DNA of 64,000 nt from Eledone cirrhosa (Eukaryota), in the NCBI GenBank assembly GCA_964016885.1, contig OZ024741.1, positions 363,816,001 through 363,880,000 of the forward strand, in the 5' to 3' direction. The position numbers were made by a program, and so were the translations under genes. Position 1 is the stretch's first letter; the number at the start of each line of letters is the position of its first letter. The notes beneath the pieces were generated by a model that saw only the letters and a list, made by a program, of their open reading frames with translations, searched no databases and was not told where the DNA came from. Positions 48,787 through 63,207 of the stretch are shown here, in pieces.

Positions 48787-51350
48787 TCATCCTCATTACC
48801 ATTTATTGTTGATTTTCCATGCTAGCTTGAATTACATGGGCTGTCACATACTGAGGTTAGACTAGTCAGGTGACTATGTCTTACTTGTATGCTCTGTTTT
48901 TATGGCTAGATGTCCTTCCTATCACCAACCATTTTATCATGAGTCTGCCAATATCTTATAAGACGGACTAGGTGCTTTTTGTCATGGCACCAGCACTATG
49001 ACTTTACAGAGTGGGCTGGGTGCATTTTATCATGGCAACAGTAATACATCATTACAACTTGTTAGGTTGGGAAGGCAATCATGGGAAAGGAAGCACTGGA
49101 ACATGGGAATAAACTCGAAGCAAGTAGGAGATATCTGTGTTGCTTCTTTGGGTTTAAGGTGGGCAAAAGTGGACGGGTCACAAGCATACTGAGTGGTGGG
49201 GGCCATTTTCTCCATGTTAGTTTTATCCTACTTGCGTGGAAAGTTGAGTCTTCTCCAGTATGGCATGTCACCAGTTAATTTGATCTCAGGTCATCTGCTT
49301 CATGAAGTTTATCTGTGTGAGGTCAGCCTTCACCACATCATCTTAATTTTTCCTAGATCATCTCATTTCATAGGTTCCATTGCCTCCGATACTCTACATT
49401 TGTTTTTATAGCTGTCATCCTCCATTCACATCACATATACATACCAACACAGTCCCCTCTCCTGTGCACTGTATCCGATCCCTCTATGTCCAGTTCTCTC
49501 AGCTCATTGATGCCTTGTCATTCAGGTATACTGCTACTACACATCCATCAGAGCATGCTCACCTAATTTCTTTCCAATTTTCATAATGTCTCTGCACACA
49601 AGCATCATACAATCTGCCTTTCACTCTGGCCATTGTAGCCAGCCAAGGTAGTAGTTCCATTTGGCTACTTTGCTTTTAGAACTCTCACTTCCTTTGCTAA
49701 TTTGGTCTCCCATATAGGAGAAACTAGCAACTGTCTCTAGGGAGCCATCTGAGCATTTGATAGGGCTTGTTTCATGCAAGTCCTTGTTCATTGTCTCACA
49801 CAAAGCCTACCTTCTTTACCTGAGATCCAACTACATCTCTTGTCTACCCATAGTTTACATTTTGTACATAAGATGAAATTTCTATCTACTCCATTCCTGC
49901 ATTTTTCTTTCTTCATGTCTGAAATTCTTCACTAATTTTGCCATGCACTCAACTATGAGAACAAGATCATCAACATATAGGAGTTCCCATGGACAGTCTT
50001 AAAATCCTCTATTATGGCTTGGAGGACAACAATAAACAGAAAGGGGCTGAGAACAGAGCCCCGGTGGACCACCACCTGCATAGTAAATTCGTCACTATAT
50101 TCATTGTTAATTCTAATCTTGCTAACAGCACCTCTTTATATGTACCACCATTTCAAGCCATTTCTCTACCCTTAGTTTCATAAGAGCCCATCAGATTATT
50201 GAGCAAGGAACCCTGTCAAAAGTCTTTTCCAGATCAACACATTCCAGGTAGAAGGGCTTACCTGTGAGTAGCTGTCTCACAAGGAAAAGACACCTGTGAA
50301 ACTTCTATCAGGCACAAAATCAAACTGCATCTCATCTATGTTAATTCTATCTCTAATTATTTGTGCAATAACTCTTTCAATAACTTTCATGACCTAATCC
50401 ATCAACTTGATGCTTCTATAGTTCCTCTGTTCAGTTCATCTCCCTTGAACTTTTAGCCATTGATGGTGATGCTGCCAGTCATTCTCTATTACTCAACTAT
50501 ACACTCAGTTGGTGAAAACATCTAATATGAAAGGATACATACTGTGTATATAGTTGAGTAATAGAGAACTCAGCAACTATTCCTGATGGGCCTGCTGCTT
50601 AGCTTGCATTCATATATTTAATTGCTTTACCTACAATACTGTTGCTAACTTGGATTGGTTCCTTTGTTGTGCCAGCTTGTGGCAGACCCTCTTTTAACAG
50701 TGTCCCATAATGACACTTCCATGCTTCTCAGCAGCAGAGGGGACAAATGCAACACTGCCATTTCAGATGCACTTCTCTCTAGCACACTACCGTGCAATCC
50801 TGAACACTCCACACCTTTAGCCCTCATAACACCAAACATGTGCAAACTTCTTATTTTCTACTTCTATCCTTGTTAATTATACCTGGTGCTTAGCTTCTTA
50901 ATATTGTTCCCTGCTTACTCCTTTTAGCCAGTCTTTCCATACCCATTTCTTTGTTTTGATCACTTCATCCAGCCTTCTATTCCACCACCATCTCATCCTT
51001 CATCACCTTGGTGCCTTGCACTAGTCAGATGTCTTATCTGTAGCCTTCAGTAGATTATCTTGCAGGAGCCTCCATTGTTCTTCTATACTGCCAGTCTCTC
51101 ATTCATCTTCCTTAAACTTCCCAGTCCCTGATTGTTACATATCCAGAAAAATTAGTATCACTGTCTTGTCTGTGAGGACTCTGGTTGAACCTCCTCTCCA
51201 TCTAATCTCTTGTATGCAACATTCATTTACTTTCTCACATTCTACAATCTCACCTGTTCTCCCTTTCATCATTCCAACTTTGTTTCATAAAGTTTTGGAG
51301 ATCACAGAAAGTAGGAGGATTAGTATTGGCCAGAGAAATGACATTTAAGA
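48787..51350 (-). mobile_element. Degenerate RTE LINE, ~2.5 kb
   Basis: Minus-strand remnants HRGSVLSPFLFI and CPWELLYVDDLVLI near 49960-50070, LETVASFSYMGDQI near 49700; multiple stops and frameshifts; same 3' UTR family as 5678-6637. Confidence 0.85.
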
Positions 51351-52537
51351 TTGGGAACCAGTCAAGTGAGTGAATCAAGCTTTCTCCAGGAAACGTGGTG
51401 GAGGAGGTGAGTTAAGCACTCTTAACATAAGTAAATATATTTCGTAAAACATTGATTTTCATATACATAATCTATTGTCTTAACTGAGTAAATATATTTC
51501 ATATATATATACACACACAATCTAACAACAACAACAACTTAGCAGAAGTTAATATTTTATGAACAGAAGCCACCATATTTCATAGAAATTAATAAATTTC
51601 AAACAAATTGCATTAAGTACATGAAGAAAATTTAGTGGAACTGTTAATGTGCAAAAGGAAAGACTGCACTAGTATGGATATATGATGCAGTTTTTAAGGT
51701 GTTTGTGCATGTATATTGGAGGCCTGTTTTCTTAGTTTCAAATGTGACCACTAAGTGTTACTTTTTTCTATAATTCATGAACCTGAGAATGACTCTTCAG
51801 ACATGTCAGTGAGTGGCACATTTTGTTGCTAATCTGGCAATGCTACTCAGTTGCATTTATCAGAATGATGTTTGAGTATTTTAATATTCCTGCATATTTA
51901 TGCTGAAGAGTCATCTAGTGTTGGTAATTTACATGATAAACACACCCTTATACTCTATAAAGTGGTTAGTGATAGGAAGGGCATCCAGTCATAGAAAACC
52001 TGCCAAACAAAGGGTTGGGAGGACTTTTCAGTTATGTTAAAAACACGACAACCTCCCTAGTATTGGTGTCATGATAAAATGCACCCAGCAAGGAGCAGGA
52101 TTGTTTGCATGAGAGTTGCAGTTCATTACTGGTACTTTATTTTATTGACCCCTTAAGGATGAAAGGCAAAGTTAACCTCAACAGGATTTGAACTCAGACC
52201 GTAAGGGATGTAACTATGCTAGAAAGCATGGCATCCAACCCTCTACCAATACTGCCAATTCACCTGATTATGCATATGGCTCTTGAAACCATCCAGAAAA
52301 AGACAAACTCTTCCACTCATATTGCACATATATTAAATAGTGTTACAAGGTGGAAGAACTTGCTCTCCTTTTTAAACCAAGCACTTGTATGCAGCATACC
52401 AAGAATGATTTTTTTTTTTTCAAAATATTTGAGTTCTTACATCTATGCTCTTTCTTCAACTTCTATCTTCTGCAAAACATTACCAACCATCTAGAGAAAA
52501 CTAACACTGAGGTAGGATTTTAGTCACTATACTTGAG

Positions 52538-52569
<32 letters not shown>

Positions 52570-55077
52570 CAGATCTGATGGCATACATATACTCACACAT
52601 GAAAGAGAAAGAGAAAGAGATTTTTATGCAGTTTATCCATGAAAGAGTTAAGTCAAAGTAAACTTAGAGCTAATGCGATGAAGGCTTAGAGAGTTAAACT
52701 ACACAAAAACAAGGACAGTTATGACAGCTAATACAGAGATGAAGATTAGAATCTCTGTAAACTCATCTACCACATAGTAGAATGAAGGGGGAAAACAAAA
52801 CAAAAAATAGTATCAAACTTGTATCAAATATTCATATGATTAAAATTTTTATGGCTATTAAACTAATCATTAGAGGTGAAGTTAATAGTCTTAAAATGAT
52901 AAGGGTATTAGCATTTCAGATATTTAGAGATTAAATCAAAATGATAATGGTGTTTAACACCTCATCTCTGCATGTCATAAGAACTGACTAAAAGGGTTAG
53001 TGTCAAGGAAGGGTATCTGGCTGTAAAACATTGCTTCAAAAAGCCCAGTCTAACTCATACCATCATGGAAAAGTGGCTTTAAAAATGATGATGATGATGT
53101 TGATACCAACCTGTCTGAATCTGGCCCTAATTTTATGATACAAAACTCATTTTAATCTAAATTAAAATTTTCCATTATAATTTTATGTAAGAACCTTTTG
53201 TTAAGTAATATTCCAAACATCAGCTTAATAATGAGAAAGTTAAGTTACTAAATTCCTTCAAATTGATTATTATTACAGAATAAGCCATCACAAATGATAT
53301 TAAGTGCACAGTTAGAAGCCCAAATATATTTATTAGTAAAAAATATGGCACTTGAAGATAATTGAAAAACCTTCTATGATAGTATATAGAAACAATAGTA
53401 CAGAGAACATTAATACAATGTTAAGTGTTAATATCATGGTGTATAATAACAAAAAAAGTAATGAAATATAACTAATAATCATCAGAAATCTTTATTATTT
53501 TTTCCATTAACCTTTTTCTTATCAAACCACCTGGAACTGCCTCCATTTTCTACAATACAAAACTGTTTGTTTTAAAGTGTTTATATCTATATAAAAGCCT
53601 TTAATCATAATTTTATGGAAGAAACTAAGTTATGCTAAAAAAAATCAGCTTAGTAATGATAAAATTAGTTGTTACTAAATCTCTTCAAATATTTTGAAAA
53701 TGATTTGAAAATCGAAGGCAGTATTTTTCATGGGATAGGTGGTAATGAAAAGGTTCTGAGTATGTATGGACTTGTAATTCCTGGTGGAGTCGTAGGTATG
53801 CTTTTGTGACATATGGGCATTTGACACCTGGTGGAGCCCACCCCTCTCCAGGTCTAAACACAGCCAATTTCTCCTAAAGGAGATAGAATGAGACATAGAT
53901 ATAGAGGAAGAATTGACCCAAAGCTGAACTAGTATTTTTCTTATTGACCTTAAAAGTATGAAAGGTAAAGTTGACCTTGATGAGATTTGAACTCAGAATG
54001 TAGAGAGCCAGAATGAATAATGCAAAGCATCTTGATGTTCTAATGACTGCCAATTCACTGCCTTAATGAAAGGGTTATTAATAATAACAAAATGTCTTAA
54101 ATGCTGAAACACTGATACCTTATAATAAAGAGCTGAAGAACTGATATATAAATAGAAAGAATGTTCAAAATTCAAAATTAAATTAATAAAAAAAAAGTTA
54201 GTCATTTTTCAATATAAAACTGATTTTATTGCAGTTAGGTACAAATAACAATGGTATGCATTGGTTTACAAAGAAAAGTACAATAAATAGAATAAATATT
54301 GCTTAAAACTACATTCAATAAATATACTGTATGAAGCTGTATGAGGAAATGAGTTTCAACTCTTTGGAAATTACCTCATGCCTTCTCTCACTCTTTCATT
54401 CACACACATACCAAACCATTTGAAACTGGCCCTGGTTCTATTAAACTAAGCTGTTTGTTTAAAGTGTTTATATTAATTTGAAAAAAAATCTATCATAGTT
54501 TCATATATAAACTTTTATGTTATGCTCCAAACACCATAATGAGAATTCTTTATTTAAAAAAAATAAACTGAAAATAATAGGCATTTTTCATTAGGAATAT
54601 TGTAACAAAAGTGCTAAACATACACTAAACAAATGCATACACTATTGAGAATCAATTTCTCTCTAAGTATAAACATTTTTCTCTTTCAATTGATATTCTG
54701 GGAGTGATTGTAGCAGAGTGTCTGTGTGAAAAAGTTGTTAACCATTGGTATAACAATAAACTAATGTAAGCTAAGTCAAGAGGACAATACATAATTAATA
54801 AATTACAGCTCACAACATTGAAATGACATTCAACCATATTTTCACTTTTCATGTATATTATCCCTTGATTAACTAGTGAAAAGAAAAGCTGCCTTGGTGC
54901 CATTGCAAAACAGTAGATTACAGAACATTATATCTTTGGTTTAAGGAGGTGTATAATATTCATGATACTTATTTGAATACATATGCAAATAAATGTAAAC
55001 ATTATAAATTGTACTTGATCCTTGAAATACTAAATTGTCTCTGATTGTATAATAAAATTATTTATTTTAATGTGTAT

Positions 55078-55425
55078 ATCATCATCATCATCATCATTTC
55101 ATTTGACGTCCGTTTTTTCCCTGCTTGCAAGGGTGGGACGGGAACTGATTCTGGCTTGATTTCTACAGCTGGATGCCCTTCCTAACACCAACCTCATTTA
55201 CAGTGAGTGCTGGGTGCTTTTTTGCCGTGGCACCTGCACGACCACTTTGCAGTGGAATGATATGGACCCCAATCCCTATCATCTCATTTCTACAACTGAG
55301 TAAACTGGAGCAATGTGAAATAAAGTGTCTTGCTCAAGGAAACAACACATCACCCGGTCTGAGAATTGAACTCACAACCTTTCGATTGCAAGGCCAATGC
55401 TCTAACCACTAAGCCATGTGCCTCC
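55078..55425 (-). mobile_element. RTE-tail fragment followed by a tRNA-derived SINE
   Basis: 55078-55250 matches 5678-5900; 55260-55425 has a tRNA-like head on the minus strand (tggcttagtggttagagcattgg...gagttcaattc). Confidence 0.75.
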
Positions 55426-58400
55426 ATATATATTTATCTAAAAATCTTCCATGATAATTTTATGTAAGAATCTTTAAGTTACTCTAAAAAGGAAGGAAGT
55501 CAATTATCAGTTTGTACCAAGGAAGCAATATTTTGATTGGCCTTTCCATTGATGATACTCTAAACACTAGCTTAATAATTAGAAAGTTGTATTACTAAAT
55601 CCCTTCAAATTCTTGATTATTTTCAAGCTGGTTTAAAAATCAGTGTCTTTTATTAGAAATATAGTTACAAAAGGATTAACAGATTTTAAATATGAATCAG
55701 ATAAGGTGCAAAATGTGAAGATCATAAGAACACTATCTTCTTTCCAGCTACATGAATATATATATATGCCTACATGATACAGGTTCTCAGAAAATAGCTC
55801 ATCACAAAAGGAGCTAACACTTGAGACCTTTTAATTCAAAATTAGTGAAGTCATAGACCCAAGTATTTTGTTTTATATAGTGTGCTTAAATATTAAAAAA
55901 AACTAAAATATTATCTTAAGAATAAGCCTGTAAACTTGAAATATATGAACAAAGAAATAAACTGTGTCAATTCTTTAGAAATACAGATTCACAGTATCTA
56001 ACATTATCAGAGGATAATAAATAATGGTTTTAAGTAGAAAATATGTCTGAAATGTGAAAATATTGCCTACTTCAAATCTTTCTATCAAATAAGGGCATAG
56101 TAACAATAATTGTTTTTACTATTTCTACTTACAGCTCTAGAACCAAATTATATCAACTTTCTTCTCATTAACATTCAGTAAACCCAAAAGTGTAATTTTC
56201 CACCTAAATCATTATCCTATCACTTAAAAAAATTAAAATTGATGAACAATTATACACAACAATTAAGCCAGCCCTACTTGAACACACATACACACACTCA
56301 CATACATACACAGGCAAACATACATTTAGTATTGGTGAATGTGAGAACAAATATTCAATACTATAGCAGAGATTAAGAGTTAATTAGGACTGATTCAGTG
56401 ATCTGTTACTCTAGAGTTTTCCTGTGTACTCTCAATTCTACAAACAATTGTCCACAAATGTGTGGTGAACCTTTAACTGGCAGGGCAAACTCTAAAGTAA
56501 CAGTATAAGTCTATATACACATACTAGAAAACTTGATTTGATTTTGTAATTAAAAATGTGAATTAACAAACTAAACTTTTCATTTACAACTTAAATAAAT
56601 ATATAGCTTTATCAATTTACAAAGAATAGAATTTTAATTAGTAAAACGTTTGATGTACTTAAACTTTATAAATAACATCAAGTATGATTCATTATGGTAA
56701 AATATTAACGCACACACATACATGTCAAGTTTACAACCATAAATGTTTTATTAGTTTATAAAAATCTACTCAACCTCATTATAAATACATTTTATATTAA
56801 AAAAAAAGTGCATATCCTGTACACAAAGGCACTTGTTTGTAAAAGGTATATAAATATGCTTTTAATGAGCAATTTAACAAATATTATATTGATTTTTGGC
56901 ATAGGCACAAATTTGGTATTAATTAGAACATAGTTGATCACATCAACCCAGTATTTAACTGGTAATTGCATTTTATCCACCCCATAAGGATGAAAGGCAA
57001 AGTTGGCCCTGGCAAGAATTGAACTCAGAACAAAATGAGATAACTAAATACCACAAAGCATTTTCTCCACACCTTTCCTAATTTTGCCAAATAATATATT
57101 AACTATAAACCAAACTAAAATTAATCAGATCTGAATAGTTTAAGAATTTGGACTCATTTCAAAATATAAATAAAACTCTTCATAGAACATCACAAAAACA
57201 ACAAAAAACAGGATGACAACAAAATGTCGGTTATGCAATCACATAAACCTCCAAGTTCATATTGTGTTTAAACATATCAATTAGGAAATCTAATAAAATA
57301 AAATGCTGAACTTTTGTATAAAACCAAGTATATTCATATATTGACTAAGAATGGAATGTTCAGATATCAGTAAACAGAGTAAGGAATGTCATAAGCTAGG
57401 TCTTTGATATGAAATGCTTTTATGACTGAAACACAATTTTCTAAGATATTAAAGCTTGATTGTAAATACCAGTAGAATCTTGGAATGCTTTGAAAGTTAA
57501 CACGCTATTTTTTGGCAATGGTAAATACATGATATAAATATCGATGAGACTTTGGAATGCTTTGGCAGTTACCAAACCATTTTTCAGCAATGCTAGATAA
57601 ATGGTTTAAATTGGCATTTTCCCTTGTTTCCTATGTACTGTATTAAAAATTATGATTAACTTGAATAAGCAACAATTTTACAAAAAATATATGTTCTGGC
57701 AGTGAATTTAAGTATATACATAATTTATTTAATATAATTCAATTCTTATATATATAACAATAAAGCATAAAAAAGTAACCAAAAATTAAAAAGGTAAGGT
57801 AATTGCTAGTTTTTAGATAATATTATACAGGATTAAAAAATTTACCAACATTAAAATGAATCAACTACTCAGATAAATACAATATATTTAAATGTTTTTC
57901 TAAATTAAATGAGATTTCCAGAAAATAAAACCTAACATCAATTACATAATCACAATCATCACATACCTTACAGATAGAAAATCAATACTTATATCCTTTA
58001 TAATACAGAATAAATCTGAAAACTTAACGTTAATTATATATATATATCATTGTCATCATATAATTATATTTGAGATGTAGTTGTCACAATGTAAATGACT
58101 ATAGAGAACAAAGGTGTGTGTCCACTTTTTTCCCACCTCCAGAGGTATTTACTCAATTCCCTCTATTATTTATAGTGATTGATTATCATTATAGTCATTT
58201 ATATTGAGATGCCTACATTCAAAAATTCAAAGTTTCCCAACGTTTCTTAAGGCAACTGGATGTTCACATATATATCATAAGGGATCTTTTAACTAAGATA
58301 CAAAACAAAGACAAAACAGATCTACATGATAACAACAGCTGGGTAAAAAGTTAGCAATGTTTTCTTTCTTTCTTTCATCAGATTTATTCCAATATCTCCA

Positions 58401-58507
58401 AGCAAACTGTCCAGTTCACAGTTAGTTTCATAGGCAGCACCAGGCAATTAGTGAAACAAAAAGTTTGTACAAGATTTCCCACACTAGTATTTCCATGAAA
58501 GACTCAC

Positions 58508-58530
58508 TGAATTTCTTCTGGATGGTATTC
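58508..58530 (-). CDS. Candidate 23-nt alternative post-F-BAR microexon (EYHPEEI), or start of a short terminal exon EYHPEEIQ*
   Basis: gtttttcacttcag|GAATACCATCCAGAAGAAATTCA|gtgagt. Strong splice sites, same phases (0-2) and same E-Y-x-P-E start as exon 47380-47531. Confidence 0.55.
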
Positions 58531-58761
58531 CTGAAGTGAAAAACAGAATGTATGTCACTCCTCAGAGAATAAGTCCTCAAGAAATCAGTGCAGTTTTTGA
58601 GACAGATTTGCTTATGAATGAAACTCATTTCCATTGAGTTTTTTTACTCTGATAAAAAGTTCCTTCAATAAATAATTCCAATTTACTTGCTTACAGCCTG
58701 AGTGACAACACTAATTTCTCTCTCTTCCTCACTCTCAAACAAAGAACTAGAGCCTGAAATG

Positions 58762-59033
58762 TTAACCCTTTCATTACCATATTTTTAATGAAAGTCACTG
58801 CTTATAAATTTAAAATCATTTTGAAAATAATAAAAAATTGGAAGGATTTATTAATATAATTAACTTTCTCATTATTATTATTATTATTATTATTAAGCTG
58901 GTATTTGAAACAATAAATGCTCTCACAGAAAAATATAATGGAAAATTCTAAGATAAATAAAGATACTTTAGAACAAACAGCTTTGTATCAGAGCTATGGG
59001 TGGTTCCAGGCAGTTAGATAAAAAAAGGGTTAA
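58762..59033. mobile_element. piggyBac-type MITE, family B (representative copy)
   Basis: TTAACCCTTT...accatattt(c/t)taatgaaa...AAAGGGTTAA. Related copies near 14504, 22072, 27805, 33897, 35198, 36277, 40663, 41723, 44508, 45909, 59993, and inverted copies near 53100, 53507, 54410, 55430. Confidence 0.8.
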
Positions 59034-60457
59034 AATCTCAAAGCGACTGAACTTATTGAGCTTTCCTATGGACACAGATGTTCACTAGGTTCCTCAGATT
59101 CCAGATTTTACTCTAGATAACACACACCCTATCAAAACCTTAAGATTGAAACAAAAGATACTAATCACCAATTTTAATTAGTTATTAAGAGATTATTATA
59201 TGATATTGATATAGTGTCAAGGTGATTCTTCAGTTGTGTCAAGACATGACAAACTCCCTAGTGTTGGCACTCCAATAAAATTCACATGACACACACTGTG
59301 GTATGCAGGAACTGATGTAAACAAGATGCAGTCCTCGGCTCATTTGAGAGGTCAGTGGCTCTAATTAAGTACTGACAGTTTGTGATGACCTGTCCAACCT
59401 TTGCTAGCAGAGAAAACGTGAAATGATGATGATGATTAATATTTAAAAAAACGTTGATTCAAGTGAAATATTTATTGTTAGGCAGTTGTTTGTCATTGTA
59501 CAGCCCCAGGTTAGTCCTGATTGAGCAGAGCTTATGATCAAAGTCATGTCTTTTTATGGATGTATAGGATTATATTATTTAATATGTCCTTCCCTTTTTT
59601 TAAAATGGAGGGATGTGATTTGAGGGAGATTTGGCTGCTATGTGTAGTCAGTTAAGTGACCACAGACACTCCTCACATTGGTTTGCTTTGTATCTCAGTA
59701 GCAAAAGACAAAAACTGATATCATAAATATCTGTAATAGATTCTCAAGTAGATAAAATATTAGTTATGTTAGAAGAACTGTGAGATTGTATTTGGAATAA
59801 CTGTTATGCAAAAATTCTTAGACATTAACCAACTATAAAACACTATCTTATACAAAACAAAGATAAAAAAAAAAATTGAAACTTGAATATTTTTCATAGT
59901 AACACCAGAGAGAATGGTACGTACTGAAATACTAATTACAGATCATTCTAACACCAAACAGAAAACAAGTTGACAAAAAGACAAACCATTATTTAACCTT
60001 TTCGTTAACATATTTCTAATGAATGCACTGCCATGTTTCAATTAATTTTGAAAATTATAAAAAAATTGGAGTAATTTACTAATATAACCTTTTCATTAGC
60101 AAGCTAGTGATTGGAACATTACTTAAAAGGCTCCTACATAAAATTATGTTGGAAGGTTTTAATATAATTTGAACACATTACAATGGGCAGTTTAGTATCA
60201 TAGAACAAGGGGAGGGGTCAGGTGGGTTGGTATCAAACCTAAAGTTAGTTATGATAAAATTATTGTGTAATCATTGTAATTGTCACTTAAGAAAATTAGT
60301 TTTTAAAAAAAAGAGGCTGGTTCGATTGCCCTTCCTTTAACAATAAGTTCTATCAGATGAACAATTTTTCAATAGGAATAAATTATTTTCATATAAACTA
60401 AAAATATTTCTTTTTGACAAGAAATTGAATTACTCAATTCATACAAACCTATTAGAC

Positions 60458-60505
<48 letters not shown>

Positions 60506-62967
60506 TGGCTATCAAATATATTTTCACTTCATTTGATAAAATCTGAGAAACAAAATTCATACAAAAAAAAAAACAAATCTTTTTGTAGAAAAAGAAAACT
60601 ATATCAATTCTACTAGAAAATAAAATATTTAAACATCAACCAAAAACGAAACTGGAAATAAAACTGGTTTCTAAATTACACTAAATTTTCAAGATGTTTA
60701 TTTTCTTTTACATAGCTAAGGAAATATATAGTTAATAGTATTGATCATAAGTTACAAATTTTATAAAAATATACTAAGTATGAATGATAGGCAAATAATC
60801 TGACTCAAAATCTGCACTGATTTTAATATGATTTAACAAAAACAGTATTCAAAAGTGAAGGTAATAGGAAAGTGAAAGTAACTGCTAAGTGAAATACTTC
60901 AAACTAAGAAGTGTATGCCACAAATAATATACTTAACATAGTCAAGAAAAAAAGGCTAGGTGACAACAAACCTATACGACCACAAACAAGAGACAAGACA
61001 GACATATAAAGAACACATTATGTCACTTGAATAAGCCCAATATATATATATATATATTGGGCTTATTAGAAACAAAGTGAAATATATAGAAAAATGTTTC
61101 TATATGGCTATGACTGGTGAAAAGAAGAAAAAAAATTATACTCAGAGAGATCTTGCCCAAACCTTGCAACAGTGCTAAAGGCACCTGAAGGCCAAATGGT
61201 GGGGGTTGAACTAAGCAAAAGGTTAAACCTATCAAGAATATTTCATCTGGGAACATTAAAGTGCAGTCTCCTTCTAGTAGGGAACTGTTCTTAGAAGACA
61301 TTTATTATTATTTTGTATTATCATCATAACTGTTCTTGTTATTGTTATATCTACTGTTTTCTTTTTGTTGATGTCCCCTTTCTTTTACTCAATCCCCCCC
61401 CCCCACCCCACCCCTTGTGTTCTTGTATTGTTCTGGGCACTTGTGGTCAATAAACAAATTATCATTAAATAATTGAATATGTCTTTTTGTAGTTAAATAA
61501 ATGTAACTTAATACTTAAGTGAACTTAATAGCTGTGTGTGTGGTTATTTAAAAAAATGTGCCAAGACAAACTATTCTACACAAACGATAACATTGTACTT
61601 AACAAGATATTTAAAACAAGATTCAAAACTGAAAAGATATTTCATTACAAACTTAATAAAATTGTAGCAGTATATATATATACATTTATTTACATTTATT
61701 TATATATATATATATATAAAGAGTAATTGTGAATATAACATAGTTAAAGCACTAAGACTGTGGAAAATGGATAACTCAGGGATGACTAAGATATAATATA
61801 AAATGAGTGTGAATGTGCAAACTAAATTTTTAAAAGTCTTGGAATAGTTGAGGTTGAAAATAATATATAAAAAAAAAAATTGTATAAATAAGACAGAAAT
61901 AGGACAACAACAAATACAACAACAACAGTTCATAGAAGGAATTAAATAATTTCAAATACAATAAAGTACGTAGATATATATTTTCACATATAGATTACAG
62001 CCCATGAACACACAAATGAAACAGTGGATGAATATATTATTCAATAACTGTGTAATACAAAGCTGTTGAGAGAATAAACACAGTTTGAAATTGGAAATAA
62101 AAAACAAGTGATATTGCTAATGATGAGAGTGGATGGTATGAATAAATATTGAAAAAAAAAACAACTTGAATAGATAGAGAGATAAAAAACAAAAATATTT
62201 ACTTTACAAGGTTGTTTTCATAAACCTGACTAATCCATAAGAAAACAAATCAGGCAGACACCTAAACTTTATTCTGATTATAAAGGAATGTGTTAATTGT
62301 GATGGCAATGCCAATTGTTATGAAAATACTATGTAACTTGTTATATAATTTTATATAGCAATAATTTACATTATACTCTTTATTATGAGAATATAATAAT
62401 CCTCCAGCACCACCTTTTAACTAAACAAGGTCAGGATCAATGAGTGAGTGTACACCATGTAAAAGGAATGACCAGCAATTGTTGTAAAGCTTGTCTTCAG
62501 TAGTTAGCAATAGTTTATAAGAAAATTATACTTGTGAAATCATCATCATTCTACATCTACTTTCCATGCTAGTATGGGTTGGATGGGTTATCACAGTCAA
62601 AGACAAGGTAATTTAGATACCAAATATGTTCCATATTTTGGCATGATTTCCATGGCCAGATGCCATTTCTAATGTTAACCACTTTACAGAGTGTACGAGG
62701 TGCATATTATCATAAATTATAAAATGAATACCGAACTTTGACAATATATAAAAAAAACCCTGCCCACCCCTTTGAAAGTTGTATGTTATAGTTAATAGTC
62801 CTAAGCTTTGTCTTCTCATTCCCAAGTTGTTGTTGATAGTGTTATTATTCACGAGAATGGACACAATAGGGCTGAATGGTTAAGAAGTTCACTTTGCAAT
62901 CATTATGTCCCAGGTTCGATCTCTCTGCATAGCATCTTAGGCAAAGATCATTTACTATAGTCATGGG

Positions 62968-63207
62968 TTGACTGCTGCACTTCAGGCTGAAGAGGGCAAA
63001 CTGTCCAAGTATCGGTCGCTCTCCGATATGTTTGTGGTTGTGCCTCTAGCAGTGGAGACTTCTGGTGTCCTTGGCCCTAGGGCTACCTCCCTACTTACCA
63101 CCATAGGCACTGAGCTGGCTAGCTGCAGGTGTGAGCCTCACAAGATGGAATGGCTCTTCTAGCACATCTCCCTTAACATCCTCCGGGGAAACACCTTCTC
63201 CATTGTT
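62968..63207 (+). mobile_element. 3' fragment of a CRE-like (restriction-like endonuclease) non-LTR retrotransposon
   Basis: AEEGKLSKYRSL...VPLAVETSGVLG...WLF*HISLNILRGN matches the C-terminal RLE-domain pattern. Confidence 0.75.

Noticed and set aside
62203-62225. Another 23-nt phase 0-2 candidate exon (VYENNLV)
   Set aside because: Competing AG just upstream, weak donor and little similarity to the EYxPE exons.
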